A DNA stretch of 64,000 bases from Eledone cirrhosa (GCA_964016885.1 OZ024756.1:38068001-38132000); one strand, 5' to 3'; shown: positions 47,325 to 58,445, counted from the first letter of the stretch. Numbers and translations: made by a program. Notes: a model not told the origin generated them from the letters alone.

Positions 47325-47760
47325 ATTAATCCTTTTGATACCAAATCGTCTTACACTGCCCCTGGTTTTATAATACGATGCCATTTCTTTTAAGATATTT
47401 ATATTTAAATATAAGCCTTCACTCATTCAATTATGTAAGAACATTATGGTTCAAGCATTAGCTAGATAACAAAGAAGTTTAATTATATTACTAAATCCCT
47501 TTCAATTCTTGATTATTTTCTAAATTATTTCAAAATTATAGACAGTGTCTATCGTTAATAATATGGTAACGAAAGGTTTAGAGTTTTTATCTCAATCTAA
47601 AAACCTGCCATCGAAATTTTATGCAAGGAAATTTTCTAAGTTGTATTCCAAACACCAATTTAATGAGAAATTCCTCCAAATTCTTGATTATTTTCAAAAT
47701 GATTTGAAAGTAAACGGTAGTGTCTTTCATTTGAAATGTGATAATGAAAGGTTTGAGTAT
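47325..47760. mobile_element. Possible degenerate TTAA-type MITE relic
   Basis: ttaatccttttgatacca at the left versus tggtaacgaaaggttta at ~47563-47580; partial internal repetition. Confidence 0.3.
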
Positions 47761-48242
47761 TCTGTTAGAGAGAAATATTAGAAATGCTCTTCGGTGTGTG
47801 AGTGGTGGTGATCATATTTGGATTACACAGACACCCATTCTCTCACAATGACACACTCGTGTATTTTATAACACTGTGTAATGATATTTGTATAGCCAAC
47901 GCTATCATTATGGTGGCAGTTTTACATCTTATAACAAACAGCTGAAATCTCCTCTTGTCCTGAAGTCGCTCTATACTAAAGAAAAAAGATAGAAATATGA
48001 TAAAACGAACATAAAATGAATAAAATTTCGCTTGAAATCTATCCGTAGAAACGTTGCATGTAGATGCATATGCATATATAGAGAGCAGCAGCAGCTCTGA
48101 CGCAACATTCATTGAAGCAGACGGTAAGGAAGATGTATATAATATGGCTTATTTTGTTGCCACAATAAAAGTTCTGCATAGCCTACTACACATGGCGCTT
48201 ACTGCACGTGTATAGTGTCATACAATAATACAATAATAACCC

Positions 48243-48278
<36 letters not shown>

Positions 48279-48291
48279 AGCTCTCTCTCTC

Positions 48292-48339
<48 letters not shown>

Positions 48340-48516
48340 ATAGTAGTTATTTCCTGGCCATTTTCTTACATAGAAATTGCTTATTTTTGTCTATTTTTGG
48401 TTGTTTTTATTCATTTATTTTTTCTTTTACTCAATTCTTTCTTATTTCTAATTGCTTTGTTTTTAAATTTAAACAAATGACGTGATTGAGGAGCACCTAA
48501 TACGTTCTTTTGTTCC

Positions 48517-48570
<54 letters not shown>

Positions 48571-48619
48571 AGAGAGAGAGGGATAGAAATAGATAGATAG
48601 ATAGATAGATAGATATCAA

Positions 48620-48810
48620 ATTTAATATAGAAATGGATTCTACAGGACTAGAACTGTTTCATTCGAAGGAAATCACCAGTAAAGCTTTCCTGATGATTTC
48701 TTTCAACTTAAACAGTTGTAGTCCTCTATATTAAATTTGATGTTTACACTCTATTAATGTATTGAGTACTTTACTTACTGTAGCTACCCCCGATTGAACC
48801 CGGGACCTAC
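48620..48810. mobile_element. Type A element, degenerate inverted form
   Basis: ttctacaggactagaactgtttcattc...ttcCTGATGAtttc...gtattgagtac...cccccgattgaacccggg. Confidence 0.75.
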
Positions 48811-48832
48811 ACACACATATATATAGATAGAC

Positions 48833-48885
<53 letters not shown>

Positions 48886-49176
48886 TACATACGTACATAT
48901 ATACATACATACATGCATACATACCTACATACATGCATACATACCTACATACATACATATTGATATATATATTAATATATATTGATATATATTGATATAT
49001 ATTAATATCATTAGACACCACATCCCTATTCGCCTTCCAGCAACCAGTCGTCCATTAAATATACCTCCCCCTAAAACACTATACAGTATCTCTGTAGCTC
49101 CATATATCTCTGTAGTCTCTGTCTTTCTCTTTTTCAATCTCTCCCCTTCTCTTCCTATTTGGGTGTATGTGTGTGA

Positions 49177-49256
<80 letters not shown>

Positions 49257-49338
49257 ACACATATATATATATATATACACATATATATACATATATGTAT
49301 GTATATATATGTATATATGTATGTATATATATGTATAT

Positions 49339-49370
<32 letters not shown>

Positions 49371-49385
49371 GTGTGTATATATATA

Positions 49386-49418
<33 letters not shown>

Positions 49419-49537
49419 GTATATATATATGTATATACATATATATATATATTTATATATATATATATGTATATATATGTATTTATATGTATATATATAT
49501 ATTTATATTATATATATATATACATATACATATATAC

Positions 49538-49661
<124 letters not shown>

Positions 49662-49804
49662 GTATATGTATATACATATATATATATACATATTTATATA
49701 CATATATATAAATGTGTACATATATGTATGTATGTATATATATATATATTTATAAACATATATATATATACATATTTATATACGTATATATATACGTATA
49801 TGTA

Positions 49805-49880
49805 CAGGGTGTCCCAACAAATGTATACGTACTTCAACAGCATTCTAATAAATATGTGTATACATTTTTGGGACACCCTA
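49805..49880. mobile_element. Tiny Tc1/mariner-like MITE
   Basis: TIRs cagggtgtcccaacaaatgtatac / gtatacatttttgggacacccta with TA flanks. Confidence 0.7.
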
Positions 49881-49894
49881 TATATATATGTGTG

Positions 49895-50235
49895 TGTCTG
49901 TCTGTCTGTCTGCATCTGTCTGTCTCAGTCTGTCTCTCTGTCTCAGTGTGTCTGTCTGTCTGCCTGTCTGCATCTGTCTGTCTCAGTGTGTCTGTCTGTC
50001 TGCCTGTCTGCATCTGTCTGTCTCAGTGTGTCTGTCTGTCTGCCTGTCTGCATCTGTCTGTCTCAGTGTGTCTGTCTCAGTGTGTCTGTCTGTCTGTCTG
50101 CCTGTCTGCATCTGTCTGTCTCAGTGTGTCTGTCTGTCTGCCTGTCTGTCTCAGTGTGTCTGTCTGTCTGCCTGTCTGTCTCAGTGTGTCTGTCTGTCTG
50201 CCTGTCTGTCTGCATCTGTCTGTCTCAGTGTGTCT
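49895..50235. repeat. (TCTG)n-derived minisatellite
   Basis: ctgcatctgtctgtctcagtgtgtctgtctgtctgcctgt units. Confidence 0.9.
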
Positions 50236-50344
50236 GGTCCTCCAATTAACCCTTTGCCACATCTGTCAATCCCTTCTTCTCCCCCCTCCTATCGCTGTAT
50301 TGAAATAACCCCAGTCTTCTGCACGTCTGCCAGTCAGTACAACG

Positions 50345-50817
50345 GTGAACTGGAGCACTCGGTGGAGCGCACAACAAAATACTTTGTATTTGTTTCAGTT
50401 CTTCTCCCTTCTCAGTTCAAACCCCGTCGACGTCAATTCTGCCTTTCATAATATCGAGGTCGATAAATATAATGGTCCAGTCCAGAGAGAGAGGGGGGGG
50501 GAAGAGAGATGGGAGAGAGACAGAGAGAAAGAAAGAGGGGAGAGAGGGGAGGAGAGACGGGAGGAGGGGGAGAGAGGGGGGGGCAGGTTGAGAGAGGGAG
50601 TGAGAGAGAGAGAGAGATTGGTTGAAACCATTATAACATCGAACTAAATGCCTTGCGGTATTTTGTTTCCCGCTCTTCTTTACGTTCTCAGTTCAAATAT
50701 TGTTGTGTCTAGGTTGTATTGCTAAAATAAAGTACCAGTCACACACTGGGGTCGATTTAATCGACTTTCCCCTACCCAAAATTGTTGGCCTTGTACCTAA
50801 ATCAGAAACTGTTATTG
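50345..50817 (+). mobile_element. Two degenerate SINE family 1 copies
   Basis: 50345-50470 and 50615-50817. Confidence 0.7.
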
Positions 50818-51085
50818 AGTAACCTGAGGTTTTATGTGAGGTTGTAATTACCGTAAGGCATAGTTCCCCTACTATTGCTGAAATGGTCCTTGTTGACATT
50901 TGTTGTTGACATTGTTATATATATTACAGTCTTTTATTATTATCATACCTACAGTTTTTCGTTGGTGATGTCCTCTTTTTCTTTACTTCATGTAAATCCC
51001 CACTCTGTGGTTTTCGTCCTTGTATGGTTACCCAATGTCATGGACCCTTGTGGCCTCCACAAAAAAAAAAAAAAGAAATCACTAT
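50818..51085 (+). mobile_element. Old 3'-UTR remnant of a Tx1-like LINE
   Basis: atgtaaatccccact...ggacccttgtggcc resembles the full-length LINE end atgtaaacccccact...ggcccttgtggcc. Confidence 0.6.
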
Positions 51086-51145
51086 CATTGTTGATTTATT
51101 ATCATTGTTGATATTATTAATATTATCATCATTATCATTTTTATT

Positions 51146-51348
51146 AGAGGGTCTGACGCCATGCTTTCTAGCATAGTTACGTCTCTTTACAGTTCAAATC
51201 CCGCCGAGGTTAACTTTGCCTTTCATCCTTATGGGGTGGAAACAAATAAAATACCAGTAATGTACTGGGTAATTGTTGGCCTTGTGCCTAAAGTAGAAAC
51301 AATTATCATTATTATTACTACTACTACTACTATCATTATTATTATTAA

Positions 51349-51385
<37 letters not shown>
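51146..51385 (+). mobile_element. SINE family 1 with an (ATT)n tail directly upstream of the LINE
   Basis: Family match; tail 51301-51385. Confidence 0.85.
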
Positions 51386-51595
51386 GACGAAAGTGGATGT
51401 ACGTTTTTTGAAGCTCCGTGAGTAAGCAATTTTTTGAGGATTAATTGTAGAGAATTGTTTATTTTTTGTACCGCTGAAGCATTATAAGACATTAATTTGT
51501 ATCCTGTGAAGGAATAACTCATAATATTTGGGCCTTTTGGCCCAAATATTTGAACTTTATTTTGAAAAAAATAATAATTTTTTTCTCAAAAAAAC

Positions 51596-53506
51596 ATGGC
51601 GGAGCCACGCCCCCTAGAGGCGGGTCTGCTGTCGTGCAACGGCGACTTGAGCGTTGAGAGGAGAGGTGAGACGAGGAGCGCCACCAGCACGAATGTGAGC
51701 AGCGACAGTGCCAGCACCAACGGGCCGAGCGGCGCGGAAGGTGGTAACGGCGACAACACCAACACCAACAAGCCGAACAGCGCAGAAGGTGGTAATAGCG
51801 AGAGCACCAACAAAACGAACAGCACAGAGAGTAATAGTAGCGACAGCAGCAGCACCAACAAGGCCAACAGCACAGAAGGTAACCACGACACAGGGGAGAA
51901 CAACAACAGCAATAGCAGCAGCAACACCAACAAGAACAACAACAGTGACAACACCAACAAGAACACTTTCGCTGCTGTGGCAGCGGCTAAAAGGAGACCA
52001 TGCTACAGCATCGACTTAACCAACAGAGAGGAAAAGTTGGCCCAGGCCTGGAAAATCATAAATCAAGAGCAGACCTGGGCAAACTTAACTGTCCCGGCAG
52101 AAGCCATTGAGGCAGTGGAAAAAAGAACGGTGCATTTCAGATGCATCTCAGTAGAGACAAAGAGGGCAGCGATAATCGCCCAAGCTGACATAGAAGCCGC
52201 ACTGAAATACATCAGAGAGGACACAGAGTTCATAGAGAGGGGCAGGCAATACGGCACCGTTTCGGTGCTGTTCAAGTCTGAAGCCCTCGCTGTGAAGCAT
52301 TCAATGACCCCTTGCAAAACCAGCAAGGTCATAATGTACCCCTCCCACATGGGAAAACGAATAGCACGTGTGCGCATTCCCAGGATTCCACCAGGACTTG
52401 ATATGTGGTGGCTCCTGGGTTGCGTAATCGTGGAAGGAACGGATACAGTCCCGGTAGAGGCAACGAGAACTGCCAGGGACGACTGGTCCGGGGTTGATCT
52501 GGAGATACTGCTCCAAATCAGACCCGAAAACGTAAAAACAATCCCGGACCACATCCGCCTCCAAAACGGGAGGGTGTTGCATATAATGACTGAGGGCAAA
52601 AGGCCGCATTGTTTCCTTTGTGGGGAAACGACACACTTGCGAGCCTTCTGCCCTCAACTGCCGAAAAGCGCAAGGGGTCGAAAGATTCCACTGCTGGCGA
52701 CGCCGGGACAAGGACCACCAGCAACACCGTCAACAATGGAACCACCAAAATTGCACACCCAGGGGGGAAACGAGGAAAGCTCTCCCATTCCCCCTCCCCC
52801 CCAAAATACACACACGAACAAGAACATAAACACTCACTCAGACACAAACACGCTCACAGCCACAGACCCCTCATCCTCCAGCAGTGAAGATGAGGGAAAA
52901 CCAAAGTCCCCCAAAATACAAAAAACAAAACACAAAAAAAAAAGAAATCCACAAAGCACAAACACCCCCACAAAAAAAAACACACACACCACCCACACAA
53001 ACATTTTCCCCACAGCATCACCAACACAACCACCAAAATCCCCCAAACGCAAACAAGCTAAACAGACACAAGAACAAATAGACACACAAACATCAGAAAC
53101 TACAGACACCCCACCCACAACAAACGCAGACACAATAGAAACAACACTAACAAAGCTATCACCACCACAATCACACGAACAAATAAAACCCGAGCAACAA
53201 AACATTAAAAACTTCGTGCTTGCCAGAAGGGCCAACAAGGAATTGATGGCCCATGTAGCACGAAGCACAAACATCGAAAAAGACGGGGAAACATTTGAAG
53301 CGAGCACATTTCGCGTACCAGATAATTTGCTTCTGATGCGAATGTCGCTCGCTTCATACAAAGAAATTCGAAAGAGCTTTCCTCGGGATGTGGGAACCCC
53401 GAACGTAAAACCCACGTCAAGACTATTAAAGGGGTTCCCAAAAGAAACCCCACAAACCATGGAGGTCGAACCACCCGACCTTCACAAGACCCCGGAAGGT
53501 AAGTAA
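51596..53506 (+). CDS. LINE ORF1 (gag-like nucleic-acid-binding protein with a CCHC zinc knuckle)
   Basis: 636 aa; CFLCGETTHLRAFC = CX2CX4HX4C; TFAAVAAA motif after an S/N-rich N-terminus; disordered basic C-terminal half. Confidence 0.88.
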   Translation: MAEPRPLEAGLLSCNGDLSVERRGETRSATSTNVSSDSASTNGPSGAEGGNGDNTNTNKPNSAEGGNSESTNKTNSTESNSSDSSSTNKANSTEGNHDTGENNNSNSSSNTNKNNNSDNTNKNTFAAVAAAKRRPCYSIDLTNREEKLAQAWKIINQEQTWANLTVPAEAIEAVEKRTVHFRCISVETKRAAIIAQADIEAALKYIREDTEFIERGRQYGTVSVLFKSEALAVKHSMTPCKTSKVIMYPSHMGKRIARVRIPRIPPGLDMWWLLGCVIVEGTDTVPVEATRTARDDWSGVDLEILLQIRPENVKTIPDHIRLQNGRVLHIMTEGKRPHCFLCGETTHLRAFCPQLPKSARGRKIPLLATPGQGPPATPSTMEPPKLHTQGGNEESSPIPPPPQNTHTNKNINTHSDTNTLTATDPSSSSSEDEGKPKSPKIQKTKHKKKRNPQSTNTPTKKNTHTTHTNIFPTASPTQPPKSPKRKQAKQTQEQIDTQTSETTDTPPTTNADTIETTLTKLSPPQSHEQIKPEQQNIKNFVLARRANKELMAHVARSTNIEKDGETFEASTFRVPDNLLLMRMSLASYKEIRKSFPRDVGTPNVKPTSRLLKGFPKETPQTMEVEPPDLHKTPEGK

Positions 53507-53535
53507 ACCTTTCCTCTCCCATTCATCCTGCCAGC

Positions 53536-56500
53536 ATGGCCATAAGAGTAGGAAGTTTAAATGTTCGTGGCCTGGGGTCGCCCTGGAAGCAAGGTCACTT
53601 GCTCAACGACCTCAGGTCACTAGGAATGGATGTAATTGCCATCAGCGAGACCAGAATTTCCGACACACGCGCACTGGCGCCGATTTTCGACGATTATCAG
53701 ATCTTTGCATCTGTTAGTCGGCCGGGAATGGGAGGTGGAGTGGCTGTGCTGTTTAGGAAATGTCTGGATCTCGAGGTAAGGTCAATCTTCCGGGATCCTG
53801 ACGGAAAGTTGGTGGTCCTGGACGTGAGCAATAGCGAAGGTGGTGCCTTTAGACTGGTGGCCGTCTACGCCCCTACTGGGGCCGGTCGGCCGGACTTCTT
53901 TAGGCGCCTGGAAAACTTTCTGCTTACGTCTCGCCCTTTACTGTTAATAGGGGATTGGAATGGCATCTTAGAAGCACGCTGGGATTGTGTGGGAGTATCT
54001 GATAGGAGCGGGGGGTGCAAAAGCCTCAAGTACCTGATCAGCCAGTTTCAACTGTCTGACAGGTACCGACTAGATTTCCCTAATGCGCCAGTATGGACCT
54101 GGACCAATCGCATAGGGTCATCTAGATCGTACATAGATAGGATTTTCATTAGGAAAAGAGATAGAAATAGTGTAGGATGTCCACATTTTAAAACGGTTGC
54201 CTATTCAGATCACAAGCTTGTGATCTGTATGGTCGACCTAGATAAGACACGTAGGTTAGGACCGAGCTACTGGAAGCTAAACATGTCGTTTCCGGCACGT
54301 AAAGCTTACAGGGACCGGGTCAACAACTTAGTTAAGCAAAAGTTGACAGGGGGGGTTGTCAACAACAGGTGGTGGGGGGCACTCAAAAGAGAGATTAGAG
54401 CAACCTCGATAGGATTTAGCAAAGAAGTAGCAATAGAGAAAAATAGAAAGGAGGAGGGGCTGATAGCTAAGTTAGACGAGGCTATTTGTAGTGGCATTGC
54501 AACAGACGTGCTAGCGGCGAGAATGGCACTAGACCATTTCTTCAATGCGAAACACGAAGGTTGCATTGTCAGAGCTAAGGCGCGTGCTCTGAGGAACGAG
54601 GGAACCAAAGCTGCCCGATGGGCTCGCTTTGCAGAGACGCAGCGTGGAAATAAAACCACAATTCGGTCTTTGACGGATCGAGATGGACACGAACTGAGCG
54701 ATTCCAAGCGGATGTGTGAGGCCTTTCGCCAGCACTTTGCTCGATTGTTCGGGAGGATGGGTGAGTCGGAGACGGCGGCGGACTTCAGTCCCTACCTCGA
54801 CGGCTTGCCACGCCTCTCGACGGCCGACGCTGAGCGCTGCGAAGAGCCGATAACATCAGCCGAAATTCAGGACGCCCTTGTCGGCTGCTCGAGTCGCAAG
54901 TCACCCGGTTTGGATGGTCTGCCCTACGAGCTTTACGTAAATATGCCAGACTTGTTCTCCGATCTCCTCGAAGCGCTCTACTGCAACTGGCAGCAGAACG
55001 GGAGCATTCCCAGTTCTGTGAGCCGTGGCGTAGTGACGCTGATAAGGAAAGACGAGAACAAGAGGGACACACTAGATAATTTCAGGCCCATAACCCTGCT
55101 CAACACAGAGTTTAAGATTTTGGCCAAGGTGTTAGCGAAAAGGTTGGCGCTTGTCGTCAAAGATTTGGTTGGGGAGGCGCAAACTTGCGCAATCCCGACC
55201 AGGTCCATACACGACAACCTCCACCTCATGCGATACATCATAGAGAGGGTTGGGTGCAAACCTGGCTTCGGTGGGGCTCTGATCAATTTAGATCAATCGA
55301 AAGCATTCGATAGGGTCGACCATCGGTACTTGGAGGCTGTCCTCGAGGCGGCTGGCTTCGGCCCCGTCTTCAGAAGCTGGATCGCTGCAATGTACAGCGG
55401 CATCCGCTCGGTGGTCAAAGTTAATGGCCACCTCTCGGAACCGTTTCAGATCTCTCGATCGGTCCGTCAAGGGTGCCCTCTCTCCTCACTTCTGTACGTA
55501 TTGACTCTTGAGCCTCTACTGCGGAAGCTGGAGTTGTTGCAGGGCATCCCGCTCGAACCGGGACGTAGAAAGGCTGCGTCCGCTTATGCGGACGACATCA
55601 CCGTGATGGTGTCGGACACCTCGGAAATCGAGGTGATCCGCACCCATTTGGAGGAATATGAAAGGTTGACGGGAGCAAAACTTAACCCGGAAAAGTCGGT
55701 GGGCTTGCAGCTCGGCACCTGGAGAGGCAAGTCCATGCCGTCCAACAGCGTCGTTGGGCGCTGGACAGACGGACCGGTAAAGTTGCTCGGGGTTTGGTTC
55801 GGACCAGACCTCCAGGTGGATAAGAATTGGGACGAGGTGACGAGCAGGATAGCCAACCTCACCCAGAAATGGGCTGAGAGAAAGCTATCACTGAAAGGGC
55901 GGGCGGAGGTGGCGAACGCGTACATCGCGTCCGTCATCTACTACCGCCTGACCGTCGTGCCTTGCCCCCGTCCACGCCTCGCCAATTTGGAACGGCTCCT
56001 TTTCAAATTTTTGTGGAGGGGACGGGTCCCGTTGGTGAGGCGGTCCATCTGCTGCCAGCACCCTCTTCGTGGAGGGCTGGGCATGCCGTGGCTAATGATG
56101 CGCAGACATGCGCTGAGGCTGCGACATCTCCAGATATTTTGCCTAAACGGTGAACAGGTGTGGTCGCCGTTTGTTAGACGGGCCTTTCCGCAGCTCATCT
56201 CTTTGACTGAGCTGCAGTCCTGGGTCAAGAAGAGACCGAGACTGGGCGACTGGCATCTGGAATGTTGCCAGGCGCTCACTGCACTCTGCAAGGTGGGCAA
56301 TGCGGTCAGTGGAACTTCCACTCAAGATTTCTATAGAGGATTAGTGGAGGGCAAGTGCGATGACGTACTAGGAGAGGCTCTGGGCGTCAACGAAGTAGAA
56401 CTGACCAGTATGTTCCGGAGGACTTTCGAGCCGGGGACGATGGATAACTTCCAGAAATCCCTCGCTTGGCAGTGCTACCGGGGGGCGCTGCCGGTTCGGG

Positions 56501-56955
56501 ATAAACTCTACAGGCACGGAAGTGCTGTCAGACGAACCTGCCCGAGATGCGCGCAGAGCGACGAAACCGTTCTGCACGCACTCGTCCAGTGTCCGTGCAT
56601 TGCTGACTTGTGGGGTTATGTCGAACAGCTATTGTCGCGTGTAGGACGGATCCGGCTATCGTCCGAGTCCATAGTGAAGATTGACCCGCCGCCTTCTTTT
56701 GGTCAGGAAGGGCAGGCAATTTTCCTCTGCCTGGTGGCAGTAGCGAAAGAGGTTGCATGGTGGACCAGGTTGAAAGGACTGAAGACAGACACTTTTCTCT
56801 TCGGCCAATCCCTCATCAACTTCTTCAAGTTTCACTTGGAAAGGAAGGTGAGGGTGGAGAGAGAAGTGCTGCCCCCCAGTACATTTACTGAAAGGTGGGT
56901 GAATGTGGCGAGAATGGCCCGCGTGAGTGGGCCTACTCTGATCATGCGCCTGTAG
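53536..56955 (+). CDS. LINE ORF2: APE endonuclease, reverse transcriptase and C-terminal CCHC finger (Tx1-like)
   Basis: 1139 aa; SLNVRGL, SET, VYAP, GDWN, IDRI, SDH, YWKLN, KSPGLDGLPYELY, FRPITLLN, LDQSKAFDRVDH, RQGCPLS, YADD, CPRC..ETVLHALVQC. Confidence 0.95.
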   Translation: MAIRVGSLNVRGLGSPWKQGHLLNDLRSLGMDVIAISETRISDTRALAPIFDDYQIFASVSRPGMGGGVAVLFRKCLDLEVRSIFRDPDGKLVVLDVSNSEGGAFRLVAVYAPTGAGRPDFFRRLENFLLTSRPLLLIGDWNGILEARWDCVGVSDRSGGCKSLKYLISQFQLSDRYRLDFPNAPVWTWTNRIGSSRSYIDRIFIRKRDRNSVGCPHFKTVAYSDHKLVICMVDLDKTRRLGPSYWKLNMSFPARKAYRDRVNNLVKQKLTGGVVNNRWWGALKREIRATSIGFSKEVAIEKNRKEEGLIAKLDEAICSGIATDVLAARMALDHFFNAKHEGCIVRAKARALRNEGTKAARWARFAETQRGNKTTIRSLTDRDGHELSDSKRMCEAFRQHFARLFGRMGESETAADFSPYLDGLPRLSTADAERCEEPITSAEIQDALVGCSSRKSPGLDGLPYELYVNMPDLFSDLLEALYCNWQQNGSIPSSVSRGVVTLIRKDENKRDTLDNFRPITLLNTEFKILAKVLAKRLALVVKDLVGEAQTCAIPTRSIHDNLHLMRYIIERVGCKPGFGGALINLDQSKAFDRVDHRYLEAVLEAAGFGPVFRSWIAAMYSGIRSVVKVNGHLSEPFQISRSVRQGCPLSSLLYVLTLEPLLRKLELLQGIPLEPGRRKAASAYADDITVMVSDTSEIEVIRTHLEEYERLTGAKLNPEKSVGLQLGTWRGKSMPSNSVVGRWTDGPVKLLGVWFGPDLQVDKNWDEVTSRIANLTQKWAERKLSLKGRAEVANAYIASVIYYRLTVVPCPRPRLANLERLLFKFLWRGRVPLVRRSICCQHPLRGGLGMPWLMMRRHALRLRHLQIFCLNGEQVWSPFVRRAFPQLISLTELQSWVKKRPRLGDWHLECCQALTALCKVGNAVSGTSTQDFYRGLVEGKCDDVLGEALGVNEVELTSMFRRTFEPGTMDNFQKSLAWQCYRGALPVRDKLYRHGSAVRRTCPRCAQSDETVLHALVQCPCIADLWGYVEQLLSRVGRIRLSSESIVKIDPPPSFGQEGQAIFLCLVAVAKEVAWWTRLKGLKTDTFLFGQSLINFFKFHLERKVRVEREVLPPSTFTERWVNVARMARVSGPTLIMRL

Positions 56956-57207
56956 GCTGGTGAATTCGAGAAGGAGAGGGGTGCCCTTCCCGGGTGCCCT
57001 AGGAGCGTCGGGTGGCTCAGGACTGGTGGGGTGCTTGAGTCAACCCTGGGTGGTGATCCCTCTTATTGGGGAACTTTCATTGTTGTATTTTTATTGTTAT
57101 TTTGTTTTTTTTGTTATTTATACTTACTCGATCTCTATGTAAACCCCCACTGTCCCTGTCTATTGTGTTGTCCCCTATATGTCGGCCCTTGTGGCCAATA
57201 AATGAAA

Positions 57208-57241
<34 letters not shown>

Positions 57242-57244
57242 GGC

Positions 57245-57390
57245 AAACCCCGCCGAGATTAGCTTTGCCTTTCATCCTTACAGGGTGGAAACAAATAAAA
57301 TACCAGTAATGCACTGGTGTCGATTTAATCGACTTTCCTCTCGCCCTTCAAATTGCTGGCCTTGTGCCTAAAATAGAAACAATTATTATT
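57245..57390 (+). mobile_element. SINE family 1, 3' part directly downstream of the LINE
   Basis: Family match, long variant. Confidence 0.85.
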
Positions 57391-57414
57391 GTGTAAAATT
57401 TGTCATTTTAACGT

Positions 57415-57464
<50 letters not shown>

Positions 57465-57549
57465 ATCAAATGTGATTGGTCAGATTGGACTTAACTAATT
57501 TGTAATGTAATGTAATGTAATTATGTGTTAGAAACCATTTGGAAATTCA

Positions 57550-57699
57550 CTGTTGCATTTATTCGTTTGTTTTATTGTTTTATCAACCCTTATTACTCCA
57601 TGTAAACCCCACAATTTCTTGTAATATGTATTTATATTACCTCCGATGTTTTGGACCCTTGTGGCTAATTAAATAATCGATATTGTTATTAATATTATT
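57550..57699 (+). mobile_element. Second old Tx1-like 3'-UTR remnant
   Basis: ttttattgtttt...atgtaaaccccac...ggacccttgtggctaattaaat followed by a degenerate ATT tract. Confidence 0.6.
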
Positions 57700-58049
57700 G
57701 AGTTCAAATCCCGTCGAGTGTTAGCTTTACCTTTCACTCTTACGCGGTTGATAAAATAAAGTACCAGTAATGCACTGGGTTTGAGATAAAATAAAGTACC
57801 AGTAATGCACTGGTTTGATTTAATCGACTTTCCCCTTCCTCCAAAATTGCTGACCTTGTGCCAAATCTAGAAATATTATCAATAATACAGCCCTTTACAG
57901 CATAGAGTTACGGTCCTTTATGATCTGAGTTCGAATCCCGCCGAGGTTAACTTTGCCATTCATCCTTACGGCGTCGATAAAATAAAGTACCAGTAATACA
58001 CTGGGATAATTGCTGGCCTTGTGTCAAAAGTAGAAACAATTATTATTAA
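57700..58049 (+). mobile_element. Two tandem SINE family 1 3' parts
   Basis: 57700-57885 and 57890-58049. Confidence 0.85.
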
Positions 58050-58250
58050 TACGTCAGATACTTTAAAATATAAAGAAATGTCTGTAAACTGTTTTGAGTA
58101 ATCTACAAAATGGGAGAGTATGTAGTGACCCTGCTGTTGTTTCAAGGTCATCTGTAAACAACCCACTGTAGAACAGACGCAAGTAACACTTGGTTTCGAC
58201 ACTAAAACAAACCTATGTTTATGGATTACACACACGCTTACACACATGCA

Positions 58251-58297
<47 letters not shown>

Positions 58298-58299
<2 letters not shown>

Positions 58300-58445
58300 G
58301 ATTATCCCGGGTTCAATCGGGGGTAACGACAGTAAGTAAGGTACTCAATTCAAAGCAGAGTATAAATATTTAATATAAAAAATGATGAATTCCTGATGAT
58401 TTCTCCCGATTGAAACAATGCTAGTCCTGTAGACGCCTTTCTATA
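58298..58445 (+). mobile_element. Type A element with a degenerate HHR at 58389-58435
   Basis: tc-CTGATGA-tttctcccgatt-GAAACAatgctagtccTGTA/ga. Confidence 0.7.

Larger units (their letters stand above)
51386..57240 (+). mobile_element. Apparently full-length Tx1/L1-clade non-LTR retrotransposon in (ATT)n
   Basis: About 210-nt 5' UTR, ORF1, 29-nt spacer, ORF2, 3' UTR with AATAAA at 57197; (ATT)n on both sides. Confidence 0.93.

Noticed and set aside
48080-48130. Small exon ending in a gtaagg donor
   Set aside because: A splice-like motif alone, with no partner exons or recognisable peptide
51531-51542. Histone mRNA stem-loop
   Set aside because: Does not match the GGYYCTTTTCAGRRCC-type consensus, and there is no histone ORF
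53499-53534. Perfect donor AG/GTAAGT, pyrimidine tract and CAG between ORF1 and ORF2 as a mini-intron fusing the ORFs
   Set aside because: Only 36 nt, and its removal keeps the ORF1 frame, which is out of frame with ORF2; the donor could still be used with a distant acceptor
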